A DNA stretch of 64,000 bases from Chloroflexota bacterium (GCA_026705025.1 JAPPBN010000045.1:162166-226165); one strand, 5' to 3'. Positions 53,097-63,376 are shown, counted from the first letter of the stretch. Numbers and translations are program-made. The notes: generated by a model from the letters alone, not told the origin.

Positions 53097-55364
53097 CTAC
53101 TGCGACGCTGCGATCTTGTTCAGGGCGCTGCCGGCCTGGAACCAGGTGATTTGCTCGTCGGTGTAGCTGTGGTTGACTGAGACCTCGTTGCTGGAGCCGT
53201 CCTCGTGGTCGATGCGTAGCGTGAGCGGTTGGCCGGGTGCGAAATCGGCCAGACCGAGGATGCTCAGGCGGTCGAGCTGGCCGACGAGATCGTAGTGCGC
53301 CGGGTCGCTGAAGGTGAGGGCGAGGATGCCCTGCTTCTTCAGGTTGGTCTCGGCGATGCGGGCGAAGGAGCGGGCGATCACGACGTAGCCGCCGCTCCAG
53401 CGAATCTCCATTGAGGCGTGCTCACGGCTGGAACCTTCGCCATAATTCTCGTCGCCGACGGCGACCCAGCGGATGCCGGCGTCCTTGTAGGCGCGGGCGA
53501 CATCGCTGATCGGCTGGCCGGACTGACCGCTGATCTGATTGAGCGTGGTGCCGGTCTCGCCCGTGAAGGCATTGACGCCGCCGCTGAACAGGTTGCCGGA
53601 AATGTTCTCGAGATGACCTCGGAATCGGAGCCAGGAGCCGGCTGGCGAGATGTGGTCGGTCGTCGTTTTGCCCTGTGTCTTGAGCAGCAGCGACATAAAG
53701 GTGTAGTCGTTGCCGTCCCAGGTGTTGAACGGGGTCAGCCGCTGCAGGCGGTCGCTCTCGGGGCTGACGATCACATCGACGTCGCTGCCGTCCTCGGGCG
53801 GAGCGATGAAGCCTTCGTCGCCGACGTCGAATCCGTCGGCCGGCAGCTCGTCACCCGAGGGCGCGGAGAAGCGGAATTCACCGTCGGCGGTGGCAATGGC
53901 GTCGCTGCGCGGATCGAAGCCCATCTCGCCGGCGAAGGCCGTGGCGACGACCAGCTCGGGCGACCCGATGAAGGCGAGCGTGTTGCGATTGGCGTCGTTG
54001 CGGCCGGGGAAGTTGCGATTGAAGGAGGTAACAATCGTGTTCTGTTCGTCGCCCTCGATGTCCTCACGCTTCCATTGGCCGATGCAGGGTCCGCAGGCAT
54101 TGGCCAGGACGGTCGCGCCGGCCGACTCGAAGGCCTCGATCTGACCGTCGCGCTGGGTCGTGGCGCGAATCTGTTCGGAGCCGGGAGTCACGAGCAGCGG
54201 TGAGCGGAGCTCGAGCCCGGCATCGGCCGCTTGCCGGGCGATGTCCGCGGCTCGGCTCATGTCCTCGTAGGAGGAGTTGGTGCAGGAGCCGATCAGGGCA
54301 TTGGTCACGTTGAGCGGGTACGCTTCGGACTCCATGAATCCGCGAATTTCGGCGACCGTGTTGCGCAGGTCGGGCGTGTGCGGTCCGACCCAGGCCGGCT
54401 CAAGCTCGCTGAGGTTGATCTCAATCACACGGTCGAAGATCTCGTGGCGCGCATCGGCGACGCCGTCGTCGGCGCGTAGATGCTCGGCGTTGGCTTCAGC
54501 CAGCTCTGCGATTTCGGCGCGATCCGTGCTGCGCAGGTAGTCTGCTGTTCGCGAGTCGAAGGGAAAGAGCGAGGTCGTCGCGCCGATTTCGGCGCCCATA
54601 TTGGTCACCGTGCCGCGGCCGGTGGCGCTCATCGAGTCGAGACCGGGACCGAAGTACTCGACGATTGCGCCGGTGCCGCCCTTGACCGTGAGCTCGTCGG
54701 CGACGCGCAGGATGACGTCCTTGGGCGCGGTCCATCCGTCGAGTTCGCCGGTCAGGTAGACGCCGATCAGCCTGGGCATGGTTACGCCCCAGCCGAGGCC
54801 GGCCATCACGTCGACCGCGTCGGCGCCGCCGACCCCGATCGCGATCATGCCCATGCCGCCGGCGTTGGGCGTGTGCGAGTCGGTGCCGATCATCATGCCG
54901 CCGGGGAACGCGTAGTTCTCGAACACGACCTGGTGGATGATGCCCGAGCCGGGCTTCCAGAAGCCCGCGCCATAGCGGGCGGCGGCGCTGCGCAGGAACT
55001 CGTAGACCTCTTCGTTTTCGCTGACAGCGACCTGGAGATCGGCATCGGCGCCGATTCGCGCCTGGATCAAGTGGTCGCAGTGGACGGTGGTCGGCACGAC
55101 GACGCGCTGCAGTCCCGCCAGTTCGAACTGGAGCAGCGCCATCTGTGCTGTGGCGTCTTGCAAGGCGACCCGATCGGGCTGCAGCGCTGCGTGGTCGACG
55201 CCGCGTTCGATCGGTTGATTGGCCGGGTCGGTGAAGTGGCCGAACAGGATCTTTTCGGCCAGGGTCAGCGGCCGGTCGATCCTTCGTCGGGCCACGTCGA
55301 TGCCGTCACGCAGCTTGGAGTACGCGGCGTCAATGCGCTGGAGGGCGTCGGGTTCAATAGCCAT
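53097..55364 (-). CDS. acn: Aconitate hydratase (compact, about 755 aa form)
   Basis: Aconitase family Cys ligands and motifs (…GSCTNSSYEDM…, …ANACGPCIGQW…, …NRNFPGRNDANRNTLAFIGSPELVVATAFAGE…, C-terminal swivel domain). Confidence 0.9.
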   Translation of the reverse strand: MAIEPDALQRIDAAYSKLRDGIDVARRRIDRPLTLAEKILFGHFTDPANQPIERGVDHAALQPDRVALQDATAQMALLQFELAGLQRVVVPTTVHCDHLIQARIGADADLQVAVSENEEVYEFLRSAAARYGAGFWKPGSGIIHQVVFENYAFPGGMMIGTDSHTPNAGGMGMIAIGVGGADAVDVMAGLGWGVTMPRLIGVYLTGELDGWTAPKDVILRVADELTVKGGTGAIVEYFGPGLDSMSATGRGTVTNMGAEIGATTSLFPFDSRTADYLRSTDRAEIAELAEANAEHLRADDGVADARHEIFDRVIEINLSELEPAWVGPHTPDLRNTVAEIRGFMESEAYPLNVTNALIGSCTNSSYEDMSRAADIARQAADAGLELRSPLLVTPGSEQIRATTQRDGQIEAFESAGATVLANACGPCIGQWKREDIEGDEQNTIVTSFNRNFPGRNDANRNTLAFIGSPELVVATAFAGEMGFDPRSDAIATADGEFRFSAPSGDELPADGFDVGDEGFIAPPEDGSDVDVIVSPESDRLQRLTPFNTWDGNDYTFMSLLLKTQGKTTTDHISPAGSWLRFRGHLENISGNLFSGGVNAFTGETGTTLNQISGQSGQPISDVARAYKDAGIRWVAVGDENYGEGSSREHASMEIRWSGGYVVIARSFARIAETNLKKQGILALTFSDPAHYDLVGQLDRLSILGLADFAPGQPLTLRIDHEDGSSNEVSVNHSYTDEQITWFQAGSALNKIAASQ

Positions 55365-55418
55365 GGCGGGATCCAGTTCGGTGCTGACGATCAGACAGCG
55401 AGTCCGGCGAAGCGTTGC

Positions 55419-57005
55419 TCAGAGGGGAATGTTCCCATGCTTCTTGGGCGGCGAGGTGTCGACTTTGTCTGCGAGCATATCGAGCGCGCGGAAGATCGCG
55501 GTGCGCGTGTCGCGGGGATGGATCACATCGTCGATGAATCCCAGTTCGGCCGCCTGGTAGGGGCGATAGAACTCTGCCTCGTACTCGGAGATGGCCAGCG
55601 CACGTTCGGCGTCCGGGTCGTCTGCGGCGGCGATTCGGCGGCGATGGATGATGTTGACCGCGCCGTCCGAGCCGGTCACGGCGATCTGCGCGGTGGGCCA
55701 CGCGAGGTTGATGTCGGATCGCAGGTGTTTGCTGCTCATCACGACGTATGCGCCGCCGATTGACTTACGCAGGGTGACGGCGACTTTGGGCACGGTCGCC
55801 TCGGCGTAGGCGTAGAGCAGCTTGGCGCCATGCGCGATGATCCCGCCGTACTCCTGTTGGGTGCCGGGCAGGAATCCGGGGACGTCGACCAGGGTGACGA
55901 TGGGGATGTTGAAGCAGTCGCAGAACCGGACAAAGCGCGCCGCCTTGCGCGAGGCGTCGATGTCGAGCACGCCGGCGAGCGTGTCGGGGTCGTTGGCGAC
56001 GATGCCGACGCCGTAGCCGCCCATATGGCCGAAGCCGATCGCGACGTTGCGTGCCCACTGGGCCTGGATCTCCATGAACTCGCCGTTGTCGACGATCTCG
56101 CGGATCACGCGTCGGATGTCGTAGGGGCGGGTGGAGTCAGCCGGAACGATGTCGACAAGATTGTCGAGCTTGCGCTCGGGGGAGTCGCCGGTGTCGGTCC
56201 AGCGGGGATCTTCCATGTTGTTCTGCGGCAGGAACGTGAGCAGCTGGCGAACGCTGTTGAGCGTGGCCTCCTCGCCTGGAATGCAGAAGTGGGCGACGCC
56301 GGTCCTGGTGGCGTGGGTCATCGCGCCGCCGAGTTCTTCGTGGGTTACTTCTTCACCCGAGACGGCGCGGATCACGTCGGGACCGGTGATGTACATCTGT
56401 CCGGTGCCCTGAACCATGAAGATGAAGTCCATGATCGCGGGCGAGTAGACGCCGCCACCGGCGGCGGGGCCGGCGCAGACGGCAATCTGAGGGACGAGCC
56501 CGGACGAGAGCGTGTTGCGCAGGAAAATCTCGCCGTAGCCGCGCAGCGAGGTCACGCCTTCCTGGATGCGGGCGCCGCCACCGTCGTTGATCGCGACGAT
56601 TGGCGCCCCAACCTTCATGGAGAGGTCCTGGATCTTGGCGATTTTCTCGGCTGCGGCCTCGGAGACGGAGCCTCCGTAGAGCGTGAAGTCCTGGGCATAG
56701 GCGAAGACCGTACGGCCGTCGACCGTGCCGTGTCCAACGACGACGGCGTCGCCTTCGGGGCGGTTGTTCTCGAGTCCGAATCCCGAGCCTCGGTGTTTGA
56801 CGAACGGGTCGATTTCGGTGAACGAGCCCGCGTCAAAGAGGATGTCCAGCCGCTCACGGGCGCTGAGTTTGCCGCGTCCGTGTTGACGTTCCATCGCGGC
56901 GGTTCTGGCCTCGCTGGCGTTGCCGTTGAGGCGTCGCTGAGCGACCTCTTCAAGCAGGAAATCGATGCCGCGCTGCGTGGAATTCTGTGCGGGTTCAGAG
57001 ACCAT
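55419..57005 (-). CDS. Acyl-CoA carboxylase carboxyltransferase subunit (propionyl-CoA carboxylase beta / AccD-like)
   Basis: 528 aa; crotonase-like double domain with typical motifs (…RLDILFDAGSFTE…, …GGGVYSPAIMDFIFMV…, …GGAYVVMSSKHL…). Confidence 0.88.
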   Translation of the reverse strand: MVSEPAQNSTQRGIDFLLEEVAQRRLNGNASEARTAAMERQHGRGKLSARERLDILFDAGSFTEIDPFVKHRGSGFGLENNRPEGDAVVVGHGTVDGRTVFAYAQDFTLYGGSVSEAAAEKIAKIQDLSMKVGAPIVAINDGGGARIQEGVTSLRGYGEIFLRNTLSSGLVPQIAVCAGPAAGGGVYSPAIMDFIFMVQGTGQMYITGPDVIRAVSGEEVTHEELGGAMTHATRTGVAHFCIPGEEATLNSVRQLLTFLPQNNMEDPRWTDTGDSPERKLDNLVDIVPADSTRPYDIRRVIREIVDNGEFMEIQAQWARNVAIGFGHMGGYGVGIVANDPDTLAGVLDIDASRKAARFVRFCDCFNIPIVTLVDVPGFLPGTQQEYGGIIAHGAKLLYAYAEATVPKVAVTLRKSIGGAYVVMSSKHLRSDINLAWPTAQIAVTGSDGAVNIIHRRRIAAADDPDAERALAISEYEAEFYRPYQAAELGFIDDVIHPRDTRTAIFRALDMLADKVDTSPPKKHGNIPL

Positions 57006-57123
57006 GGTTCACCTGACGCTGGGTGCGCACTGGCAAGAAAAATCGCCGCTTCGCAGGAATCGAGGCTACTACAGGCCCAACCCGCCCACAATCAAACGCG
57101 AACAGGATTGGTGACCTGGAGGG

Positions 57124-57786
57124 TTAGCCGGGAGGCTCGGTCGGACCCTGTTCCTCGGCCGCTTCTTCCTGCTCGACAGGAGGCGGAGGAATGATCAGCG
57201 CCTGGCCAATCTGAATGTTGGCCGCCTGTGCCTCTGTCAACCCGTTGTAGTTCATCAGGTCGACCCAGGTATAGCCAAAGGCGGCAGCGATTTGAGCGAG
57301 CGTGTCGCCTTCCTGGACGATGTAGATTTCACCGGGCGGTCGCTGCGGACCCTCCGGCTCTTCGCTGTCGGCGGTGGCTGGCGAGGCGACGCCGCAGCCG
57401 CCTTCGCGGATCGGGATGCGCAATTCCTGACCGACGCTGAGCGTGTCAACGTCGACGATGTTGTTGAGTCGCTGGATTTCTTCAACGGTGAGACAGAACT
57501 GGGTGGCGATCGTGGCCAGGGTGTCACCGGGTTGCACGACATAAATTGTCTCGGTGATCGGCGCTTCCTCAAAGACGACGTCGTCGCGAAAGAGGTACGG
57601 CGCAGGCAGCGGATCAGGCAGTGCCTCGACGGGAATGTCTTCTTCAACAGCCGTGTTCTCGGCGGCAGGCACGGTTTCCGGAACTTCGGACACGGTTTCG
57701 GCTCCGCTGGTGCAACCAGTGGTGATCCCGCCGGAGAGAAGCACCGACAGCCCGATCAATGCGCCGATGATGCGGAGGAGCTTCAC
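57124..57786 (-). CDS. Lipoprotein with two LysM peptidoglycan-binding domains
   Basis: Lipobox …LSGGITTGC…; two LysM repeats YVVQPGDTLATIATQF… and YIVQEGDTLAQIAAAFG…. Start taken as the GTG at 57786, which overlaps the upstream stop (GTGA). The ATG at 57834 has no SD, so the start is uncertain. Confidence 0.68.
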   Translation of the reverse strand: MKLLRIIGALIGLSVLLSGGITTGCTSGAETVSEVPETVPAAENTAVEEDIPVEALPDPLPAPYLFRDDVVFEEAPITETIYVVQPGDTLATIATQFCLTVEEIQRLNNIVDVDTLSVGQELRIPIREGGCGVASPATADSEEPEGPQRPPGEIYIVQEGDTLAQIAAAFGYTWVDLMNYNGLTEAQAANIQIGQALIIPPPPVEQEEAAEEQGPTEPPG

Positions 57787-59288
57787 TCCTCTAGTGTCGC
57801 ACGTGAAGATGATTGCGGTTCCTCTTCCCCGCATGAGATGGACGGTGAGATGGGGCTGCCGGCGCGTTGCAGCAGGCAGGCGAGGATGCCGTGATTCAGC
57901 CTGGAGATGTCGCCGAAGACGGCGAAGTCGACGTTGTCCAGGTTGTCCAACGGCGTGTGCAGGATCGCCCCCGGGGGAAAGACGAAGACGACCGGGATGC
58001 CGACACGAGAAAAACTGGCGTGGTCGGAGCCGAGGTTCAAGGGCAGGCTCCCTGGTCCGGCTGTGATCTGCAGGTCGGCGGCGACCGCATTGCTGATCTC
58101 GCTGATCTCGACGGAGGCAAGAATGCGGTACGGCGGCCGTCCGTCGCCAATCGCGTCAAGGTTGACCATGGCAGTCACCTCGGACAATCGGTCTTCAAGG
58201 CGGAGTTGCCTGACGTATTGGCGGGAGCCATGCAGGCCAAGTTCCTCGGCCCCGAACCCGATAAAACAGATGTCGCTCGAACTCGGGTGATTGGCCCAGA
58301 TTGCGGCCAGAGCCAGCGTCAGCGCAGTGCCGGATCCGTTGTCGTTGGCGCCGTCGACCTCAGGCACGGTGTCGTAGTGGCCACCCACGACCACGCGGCA
58401 AGCGCCACCGGGCTTGCGCGCGATTACGTTCTGTGATTCACCAGCGCTCGGCGATGAAGCCGGAATGGAGGCGATTTCCCCCAAGCGGGCGCGGATCTCA
58501 TCTCCTGCCTCCTTGCCGACGTGGAGAATCGGAATCGAGACCGTATCGTCGCCCAGAGAGCCGCCGATTGATTCGTTCAGCGTCGGGTTAGTGACAATCA
58601 GTGCGATCGCGCCGGCAGCCTCGGCATGCGTCGCCTTGACGCGAAACTCGATCACTCCGCGATCGACAATCGCGATCCTGCCGGCCACGTCGGCCAAGGC
58701 GAAGTCGTCCACAGTGCCGACTCCCGCAACGTGAACAAGTTCACCCTCGGTCGGTTCATTCGAGGAACCCGAGAAGCGGACCGCGAAGTTGCTGGAACCG
58801 TCGGCCAGGTCGATCCTCGCGATCTCCGCCTCAGCGGTGTAGGTGAACTGCTGGATCTCCACCTCGTATCCGAGGCCGCGGAAGACCTCCGCCATGTATG
58901 CGGCAGCGGCTTGTTCTTGTTCAGTGCCCGAGGCTCGTGGTCCCAGTTCTCCCGCGAGGTGATTGAGATAGCCGACTGCGACCTCGACGTCGAACTCTGG
59001 CTCCGGCGGGCCGCCGGGACTGCGGGGCCGCGACTCAGGCTGGACTTGCGGCTCGTCCGAGGGCGATTGGGACTCTTCCCGTTCCGCTTGCTGTTGTTCC
59101 AGTACCGGCTGTTCTTGCCCCGGTGCCGACACACCTGTCTGCTGCTGTTGCTGTGGTTGCTGTTGTGTAGCTGATTGTTGGGATTGCCGGTCGGCCGGTG
59201 CAGCAACCGGCCGCGTCTCGCCCTCGCTGCTGCAGCTGGCAAGGAGGATCGAAACGGTGAGGCAGTAGATCAGGAATCGAATCAGCAC
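57783..59288 (-). CDS. M28-family aminopeptidase lipoprotein with PA domain and a Gln-rich linker
   Basis: Lipobox …ILLASC…; Q-rich low-complexity linker; M28 zinc-ligand motifs (…VVVGGHYDTV…, …NDNGSGTA…, …GFGAEELGLHGS…, …DHASF…). Start uncertain: GTG at 59288, or the track ATG at 59477. Confidence 0.72.
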   Translation of the reverse strand: MLIRFLIYCLTVSILLASCSSEGETRPVAAPADRQSQQSATQQQPQQQQQTGVSAPGQEQPVLEQQQAEREESQSPSDEPQVQPESRPRSPGGPPEPEFDVEVAVGYLNHLAGELGPRASGTEQEQAAAAYMAEVFRGLGYEVEIQQFTYTAEAEIARIDLADGSSNFAVRFSGSSNEPTEGELVHVAGVGTVDDFALADVAGRIAIVDRGVIEFRVKATHAEAAGAIALIVTNPTLNESIGGSLGDDTVSIPILHVGKEAGDEIRARLGEIASIPASSPSAGESQNVIARKPGGACRVVVGGHYDTVPEVDGANDNGSGTALTLALAAIWANHPSSSDICFIGFGAEELGLHGSRQYVRQLRLEDRLSEVTAMVNLDAIGDGRPPYRILASVEISEISNAVAADLQITAGPGSLPLNLGSDHASFSRVGIPVVFVFPPGAILHTPLDNLDNVDFAVFGDISRLNHGILACLLQRAGSPISPSISCGEEEPQSSSRATLEE

Positions 59289-59305
59289 GGGCGTGCCGGG
59301 TCGGG

Positions 59306-59707
59306 CTAGCGGTTGCGGCGGAAGAAGCGTTTCAGCGGACTCTGCTTTGACTGTTCGTAGCTGATGTATCGATCGCGCCAATAGCCGCCGCGCGGTTGAC
59401 CGGCTTGTCGATTTCCGCCTCGCGACGTCCAGAACAGGCCGATCACGAACACCACGATGCCAACCACCGCGAGCCACAGGCCTCCACCTCGAAGCACGAG
59501 GCCAATGATCAGCAGTGCCGCCCCAAGGAGCAGCAGGTGGTTAGCGGTGAGCGCTGGCGCTTTGCCCACGACCGCCGAACCGAATCGTTGGATGGCCAGT
59601 CTGATCGGCCCCGGTCTGCGCGACTGTCTCCGTCGCCAGTCAAAGTCCTCGATGTTCGACAGGACTTCCTCAACGTCGCGTTCGAGTCGGTCTGAACCGT
59701 CCGACAT
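59306..59707 (-). CDS. Hypothetical small membrane protein (2 TM)
   Basis: ATG at 59707 preceded by a strong GGAGGAG SD; hydrophobic hairpin LLLLGAALLIIGLVL…WLAVVGIVVFVIGLFW. The upstream part of the track ORF is rejected. Confidence 0.5.
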   Translation of the reverse strand: MSDGSDRLERDVEEVLSNIEDFDWRRRQSRRPGPIRLAIQRFGSAVVGKAPALTANHLLLLGAALLIIGLVLRGGGLWLAVVGIVVFVIGLFWTSRGGNRQAGQPRGGYWRDRYISYEQSKQSPLKRFFRRNR

Positions 59708-59738
59708 GGTCGCTCCTCCGCTGCCCGTTGCCACCAGT

Positions 59739-61346
59739 TTAGCGCGGTTCGAGACGTCCCCACCCGCCGCCGCCCGGGGTTTCAACGCGGATCACGTCGC
59801 CAGGCTCCACATTGATCGTGATCTTGCCGGGCAGCTTGCGGCGCACCGGCCGTCCGCTGGCGGAAGTCGTTTCCAGGCTGTTGCGACCTGGTCCTCCGGG
59901 CTCGCCGCCCTGTGATCCCCAGGGCTGCTGGGTTCGTCGCTCAGTGATGAGCGTCAGTTGAGCGGATCCAAGGAACTGGGTCCGGCGAATCAAGCCGTGT
60001 CCCCCACGATGCCGGCCGCTCCCGCCGGATCTCGGCCGGATGCTGTTCTCGACGACGCGGAGGGGATAGGCCAGTTCGAGGGCCTCGGCCGGCGTGTTCA
60101 GTGTGTTGGTCATGTGTGAGTGCGCGGCGTCGAGGCCCTGTCCCTCCGGACCGCCGCCCAGTCCGCCGCCCGACGTTTCGTAGTACGCCCAGGGCTGACC
60201 GTTGCGAGGGTCGATCCCGCCCGCCGTGAGATTGTTCATCGTTCCCGACGAGGCCGCCGGCATCCGCTGCGGCAGCAACTGATTAAACGCACCCCAGACG
60301 GTGTCGACGATGCGCTGCGAAGTCTCGACATTGCCGGCTGCAACCGCAACCGGTGATTGAGCGGCCACAACGGATCGCTCGGGCAGGGAGAAGGTGATCG
60401 GCCGGAAGAGTCCGGAGTTCATCGGGGTGTCGGGCGGCAGCAGGCAGCGGATCACGTAGTAGCAGGCCGACCGGGTGACAGGGGCCACGGCGTTGATCGA
60501 GGCGGCCCGTTGCGGGGCACTGCCGGAGAAATTGAAGTGGGCGCGATCCTCCGACAGGATCAGCTTGAGTCTGATGGGAACCGGTTCGGGCGAATGTCCG
60601 TCGTCGTCCAACGAGTCACTGAATTCCCACGTCCCGTGCGGCAACTGCGTCAGCGCTGCACGCGTCAGCCGCTCTCCGTAGTCAAGTAATGCCTTAGTCG
60701 TCCCCAGATAGCTGTCGTCTCCGTAGTCGCGATGCAGGTCGGCGATCCGGCGTTCGCCCAATCGTTGCGCGGCGATCTGGGCATTGAAATCGCCGCGCCG
60801 TTCGTCGGGTGTTCGCACGTTGCGCAGGATCAGGTCCATCGCCTCTTCGACGAGGTCGCCGGCGCGATAGAGGCGGATCGGCGGGATCACGATCCCTTCC
60901 TGGATCAACTCGCGTGCGACCGGCATCGAGCCGGGCGCCATGCCGCCGATGTCGGCCTGATGAGCACGGCTGGCGACGTACCCGATCGGCTCGTCGCCGT
61001 CCGCCGTGTCGTGGGCGAAGACCGGCGAGACCATGGTCACGTCGGGTAAGTGGGTGCCGCCGAGGAACGGGTCGTTGAGGATGGCCAGGTCGCCGGGCCG
61101 CCAGGGCGCCAGACGCTCGACGGCACGAACCGACTCCTGCATGGCGCCCAGGTGGACGGGGATGTGAGCAGCCTGCGCGAGCAACTGGCCTTCCCGATCG
61201 AAGACCGCGCAGGAAAAGTCGGCGCGTTCCTTGATGTTTGGCGAGAGCGCAGTATGGCGAAGCGCGGCCCCCATCTCTTCGGCGATCGAACTGACCAATG
61301 AGTCGAGAATGGCGAGCCGCGCAGGGTCAATGTTGACATCTGTCAT
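59739..61346 (-). CDS. Hydantoinase B / oxoprolinase family protein
   Basis: HyuB family pattern (…DPFLGGTHLPDVT…, …ASRAHQADIGG…). ATG at 61346 preceded by GAAGG; the N-terminal extension in the track ORF is rejected. Confidence 0.85.
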   Translation of the reverse strand: MTDVNIDPARLAILDSLVSSIAEEMGAALRHTALSPNIKERADFSCAVFDREGQLLAQAAHIPVHLGAMQESVRAVERLAPWRPGDLAILNDPFLGGTHLPDVTMVSPVFAHDTADGDEPIGYVASRAHQADIGGMAPGSMPVARELIQEGIVIPPIRLYRAGDLVEEAMDLILRNVRTPDERRGDFNAQIAAQRLGERRIADLHRDYGDDSYLGTTKALLDYGERLTRAALTQLPHGTWEFSDSLDDDGHSPEPVPIRLKLILSEDRAHFNFSGSAPQRAASINAVAPVTRSACYYVIRCLLPPDTPMNSGLFRPITFSLPERSVVAAQSPVAVAAGNVETSQRIVDTVWGAFNQLLPQRMPAASSGTMNNLTAGGIDPRNGQPWAYYETSGGGLGGGPEGQGLDAAHSHMTNTLNTPAEALELAYPLRVVENSIRPRSGGSGRHRGGHGLIRRTQFLGSAQLTLITERRTQQPWGSQGGEPGGPGRNSLETTSASGRPVRRKLPGKITINVEPGDVIRVETPGGGGWGRLEPR

Positions 61347-61357
61347 GTTGCCGACCT

Positions 61358-63376
61358 TCAGGACTCGCGTCTGAGCAGCAAGCTGCCGGAGGGAAGCGAG
61401 GACGCTGCCCAGCCGGGAGGAACTGTCACCGTCGTGTCGAGCTGGGTGATCACCGCTGGTCCGGAAACGGATCCAGAGATTGACTCGCGCGGCAAAATCC
61501 GAGTCTCGAGTGGACGCTGCCACGTGACGACCGCCGTGCGTGGTTCACTCGACGTCCCCTCGTGCGACGCGGCGACCGCTCCCTCGTAACCCGGATGCCG
61601 AGCCTTGGCTCGCGCCGTCACGACCTCAACAGGCGTGTCGAGCGAGGAGAATCCGAAACGCTCGCTGTGCGCATCATGGAACGCACTGCGTACCAACTCC
61701 GCCTGATGCCCAGCGTTCAGCGACACGGTGAGTTCGTGAGATTGACCGCGATAGCGAAGGTCGGCGGCATACTCAACGCTGACCCCCTCGTCGTAGCCAT
61801 CTTCCGCAATCGCCTGACGGACTTGCGCGTCGATACTGGCAAGCGCGCTGTCGAGGGGTTCAACGGCGCCTGTTGCATCAGGCTGGATGGTGAGGTGCAG
61901 CCCCTGTTCCGAGTCCCGAGTGATGTCCGAAATCAACATACCGGCGGCTGACAACACACCCGGAGACGACGGGATCAACGCCTGAGGGATTCCCACCACA
62001 TCGGCCAGATCGCACGCGTGCAGCGGACCGGCGCCGCCGAAAGCGACGAGCGTGAAGTTGGCCGGATCGTAACCACGCTCGACCGAGATCACTCGCAAGG
62101 CGCGCGCCATATTGGCGTTGACGACATCGATCACGGCCTGCGCCGCGGCCTCGACCGAACCGAACGGCTCGGCGATCGTGTCGATCGCCTGGCGCGCCCG
62201 TGCAACGTCCAATGAGACGGTGCCGCCGAGCTGTTGTTCCGGCCTCAGCCGCCCAAGCACCGTGTGGGCGTCGGTCACGGTGGGCAGCGAGCCGACTCCA
62301 TACGCGGCGGGACCAGGATCAGCCCCGGCGGATTGTGGGCCTACCCGCAAGGCGCCCCCCGGATCGAACCAGGCGATCGAGCCGCCGCCCGCGCCGACCG
62401 TGTGCAAGTCGACGGCCGGCGTGCGAATCGGCATGTCGTCGACGACCAGGTCGGTGCGCTCCAGCAACCGGCCCGGGCACAGCGCAACGTCGGCGGAGGT
62501 GCCCCCCATGTCGAATGTGATTGCCTGCGGGAAGCCATCGGATTCGGCGGCCGCAAACGCCCCGGCGACGCCGCCGGCCGGCCCGGAGAGAACGGTGCGG
62601 ACGGCGTTGCGTCCGGCCGAGCCGGCCGTCAGCGAGCCGCCGTTGGATTGCATGATTCGCAGTCGCACGCCGTTCGCGCCGTCGCGATTGAGTTGTGCTT
62701 CCAGGGCGTCGAGATAGTTGGCCATCACCGGAGCGAGGTACGCGTTGGCCGTCGTGGTGCTCATCCGCTCGAACTCGCGGTGCTGGGGGAGCACTTCGTA
62801 CGAGGCAGAGACGTTGAACCCGCGATTCCGGGCTCGGACTGCGGCCAGCTCTTCGTGCGCGGAGTTGATGAAGCTAAAGAGGAAGCAGATCGCGACGCTG
62901 CGCACGCCCGTCCGCTCGATTCGATCGAGCACCGTATCAAGCTGCTCCAGGTCCAGTGCAGTGACCAGTTCTCCGTCGGCGGCAATTCGTTCGTCCACCT
63001 CGAAGCGCCAGCGCTGTGGAACCAACGGTTCGTGTCGTTGAGGATGCAGCGCATAAAGATCTGGCCGGGCCTGGCGTCCAATCACGAGCGTGTCGCGGAA
63101 CCCGCTGGTGGTGATCAGCGCCGTGGGCGCGCCGGTTCGGGTGAGCAGTGTGTTCGTGGCCACCGTCGATCCATGCACGACCTCCTCGGGCGACCAGCCG
63201 AACTCGGTCAGTCCGGCGATGATCGCGCGGCCGGGATCATCGGGCGTGGATGGCCGCTTGGCGATGCTGATCTCGCCGTTTCGGAGGAAGACGAAATCGG
63301 TGAAGGTGCCGCCGACATCGACGCCAAGCAGCAGATCGTGCTGTGGCGACGCTTGGTCAGGTTCGTTGGTTGGCAT
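61358..63376 (-). CDS. Hydantoinase A / oxoprolinase family protein
   Basis: N-terminal LLLGVDVGGTFTDFVF (ASKHA fold) and the HyuA family organisation; 672 aa. Forms a pair with the downstream HyuB gene. Confidence 0.88.
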   Translation of the reverse strand: MPTNEPDQASPQHDLLLGVDVGGTFTDFVFLRNGEISIAKRPSTPDDPGRAIIAGLTEFGWSPEEVVHGSTVATNTLLTRTGAPTALITTSGFRDTLVIGRQARPDLYALHPQRHEPLVPQRWRFEVDERIAADGELVTALDLEQLDTVLDRIERTGVRSVAICFLFSFINSAHEELAAVRARNRGFNVSASYEVLPQHREFERMSTTTANAYLAPVMANYLDALEAQLNRDGANGVRLRIMQSNGGSLTAGSAGRNAVRTVLSGPAGGVAGAFAAAESDGFPQAITFDMGGTSADVALCPGRLLERTDLVVDDMPIRTPAVDLHTVGAGGGSIAWFDPGGALRVGPQSAGADPGPAAYGVGSLPTVTDAHTVLGRLRPEQQLGGTVSLDVARARQAIDTIAEPFGSVEAAAQAVIDVVNANMARALRVISVERGYDPANFTLVAFGGAGPLHACDLADVVGIPQALIPSSPGVLSAAGMLISDITRDSEQGLHLTIQPDATGAVEPLDSALASIDAQVRQAIAEDGYDEGVSVEYAADLRYRGQSHELTVSLNAGHQAELVRSAFHDAHSERFGFSSLDTPVEVVTARAKARHPGYEGAVAASHEGTSSEPRTAVVTWQRPLETRILPRESISGSVSGPAVITQLDTTVTVPPGWAASSLPSGSLLLRRES

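Noticed and set aside
58930-59200. CAG/CAA/CTG-rich tract that superficially looks like a short repeat array
   Set aside because: It is in-frame coding sequence for the Gln-rich linker of the M28 peptidase, not a CRISPR or an intergenic repeat. No CRISPR repeats or spacers were found anywhere in the window.
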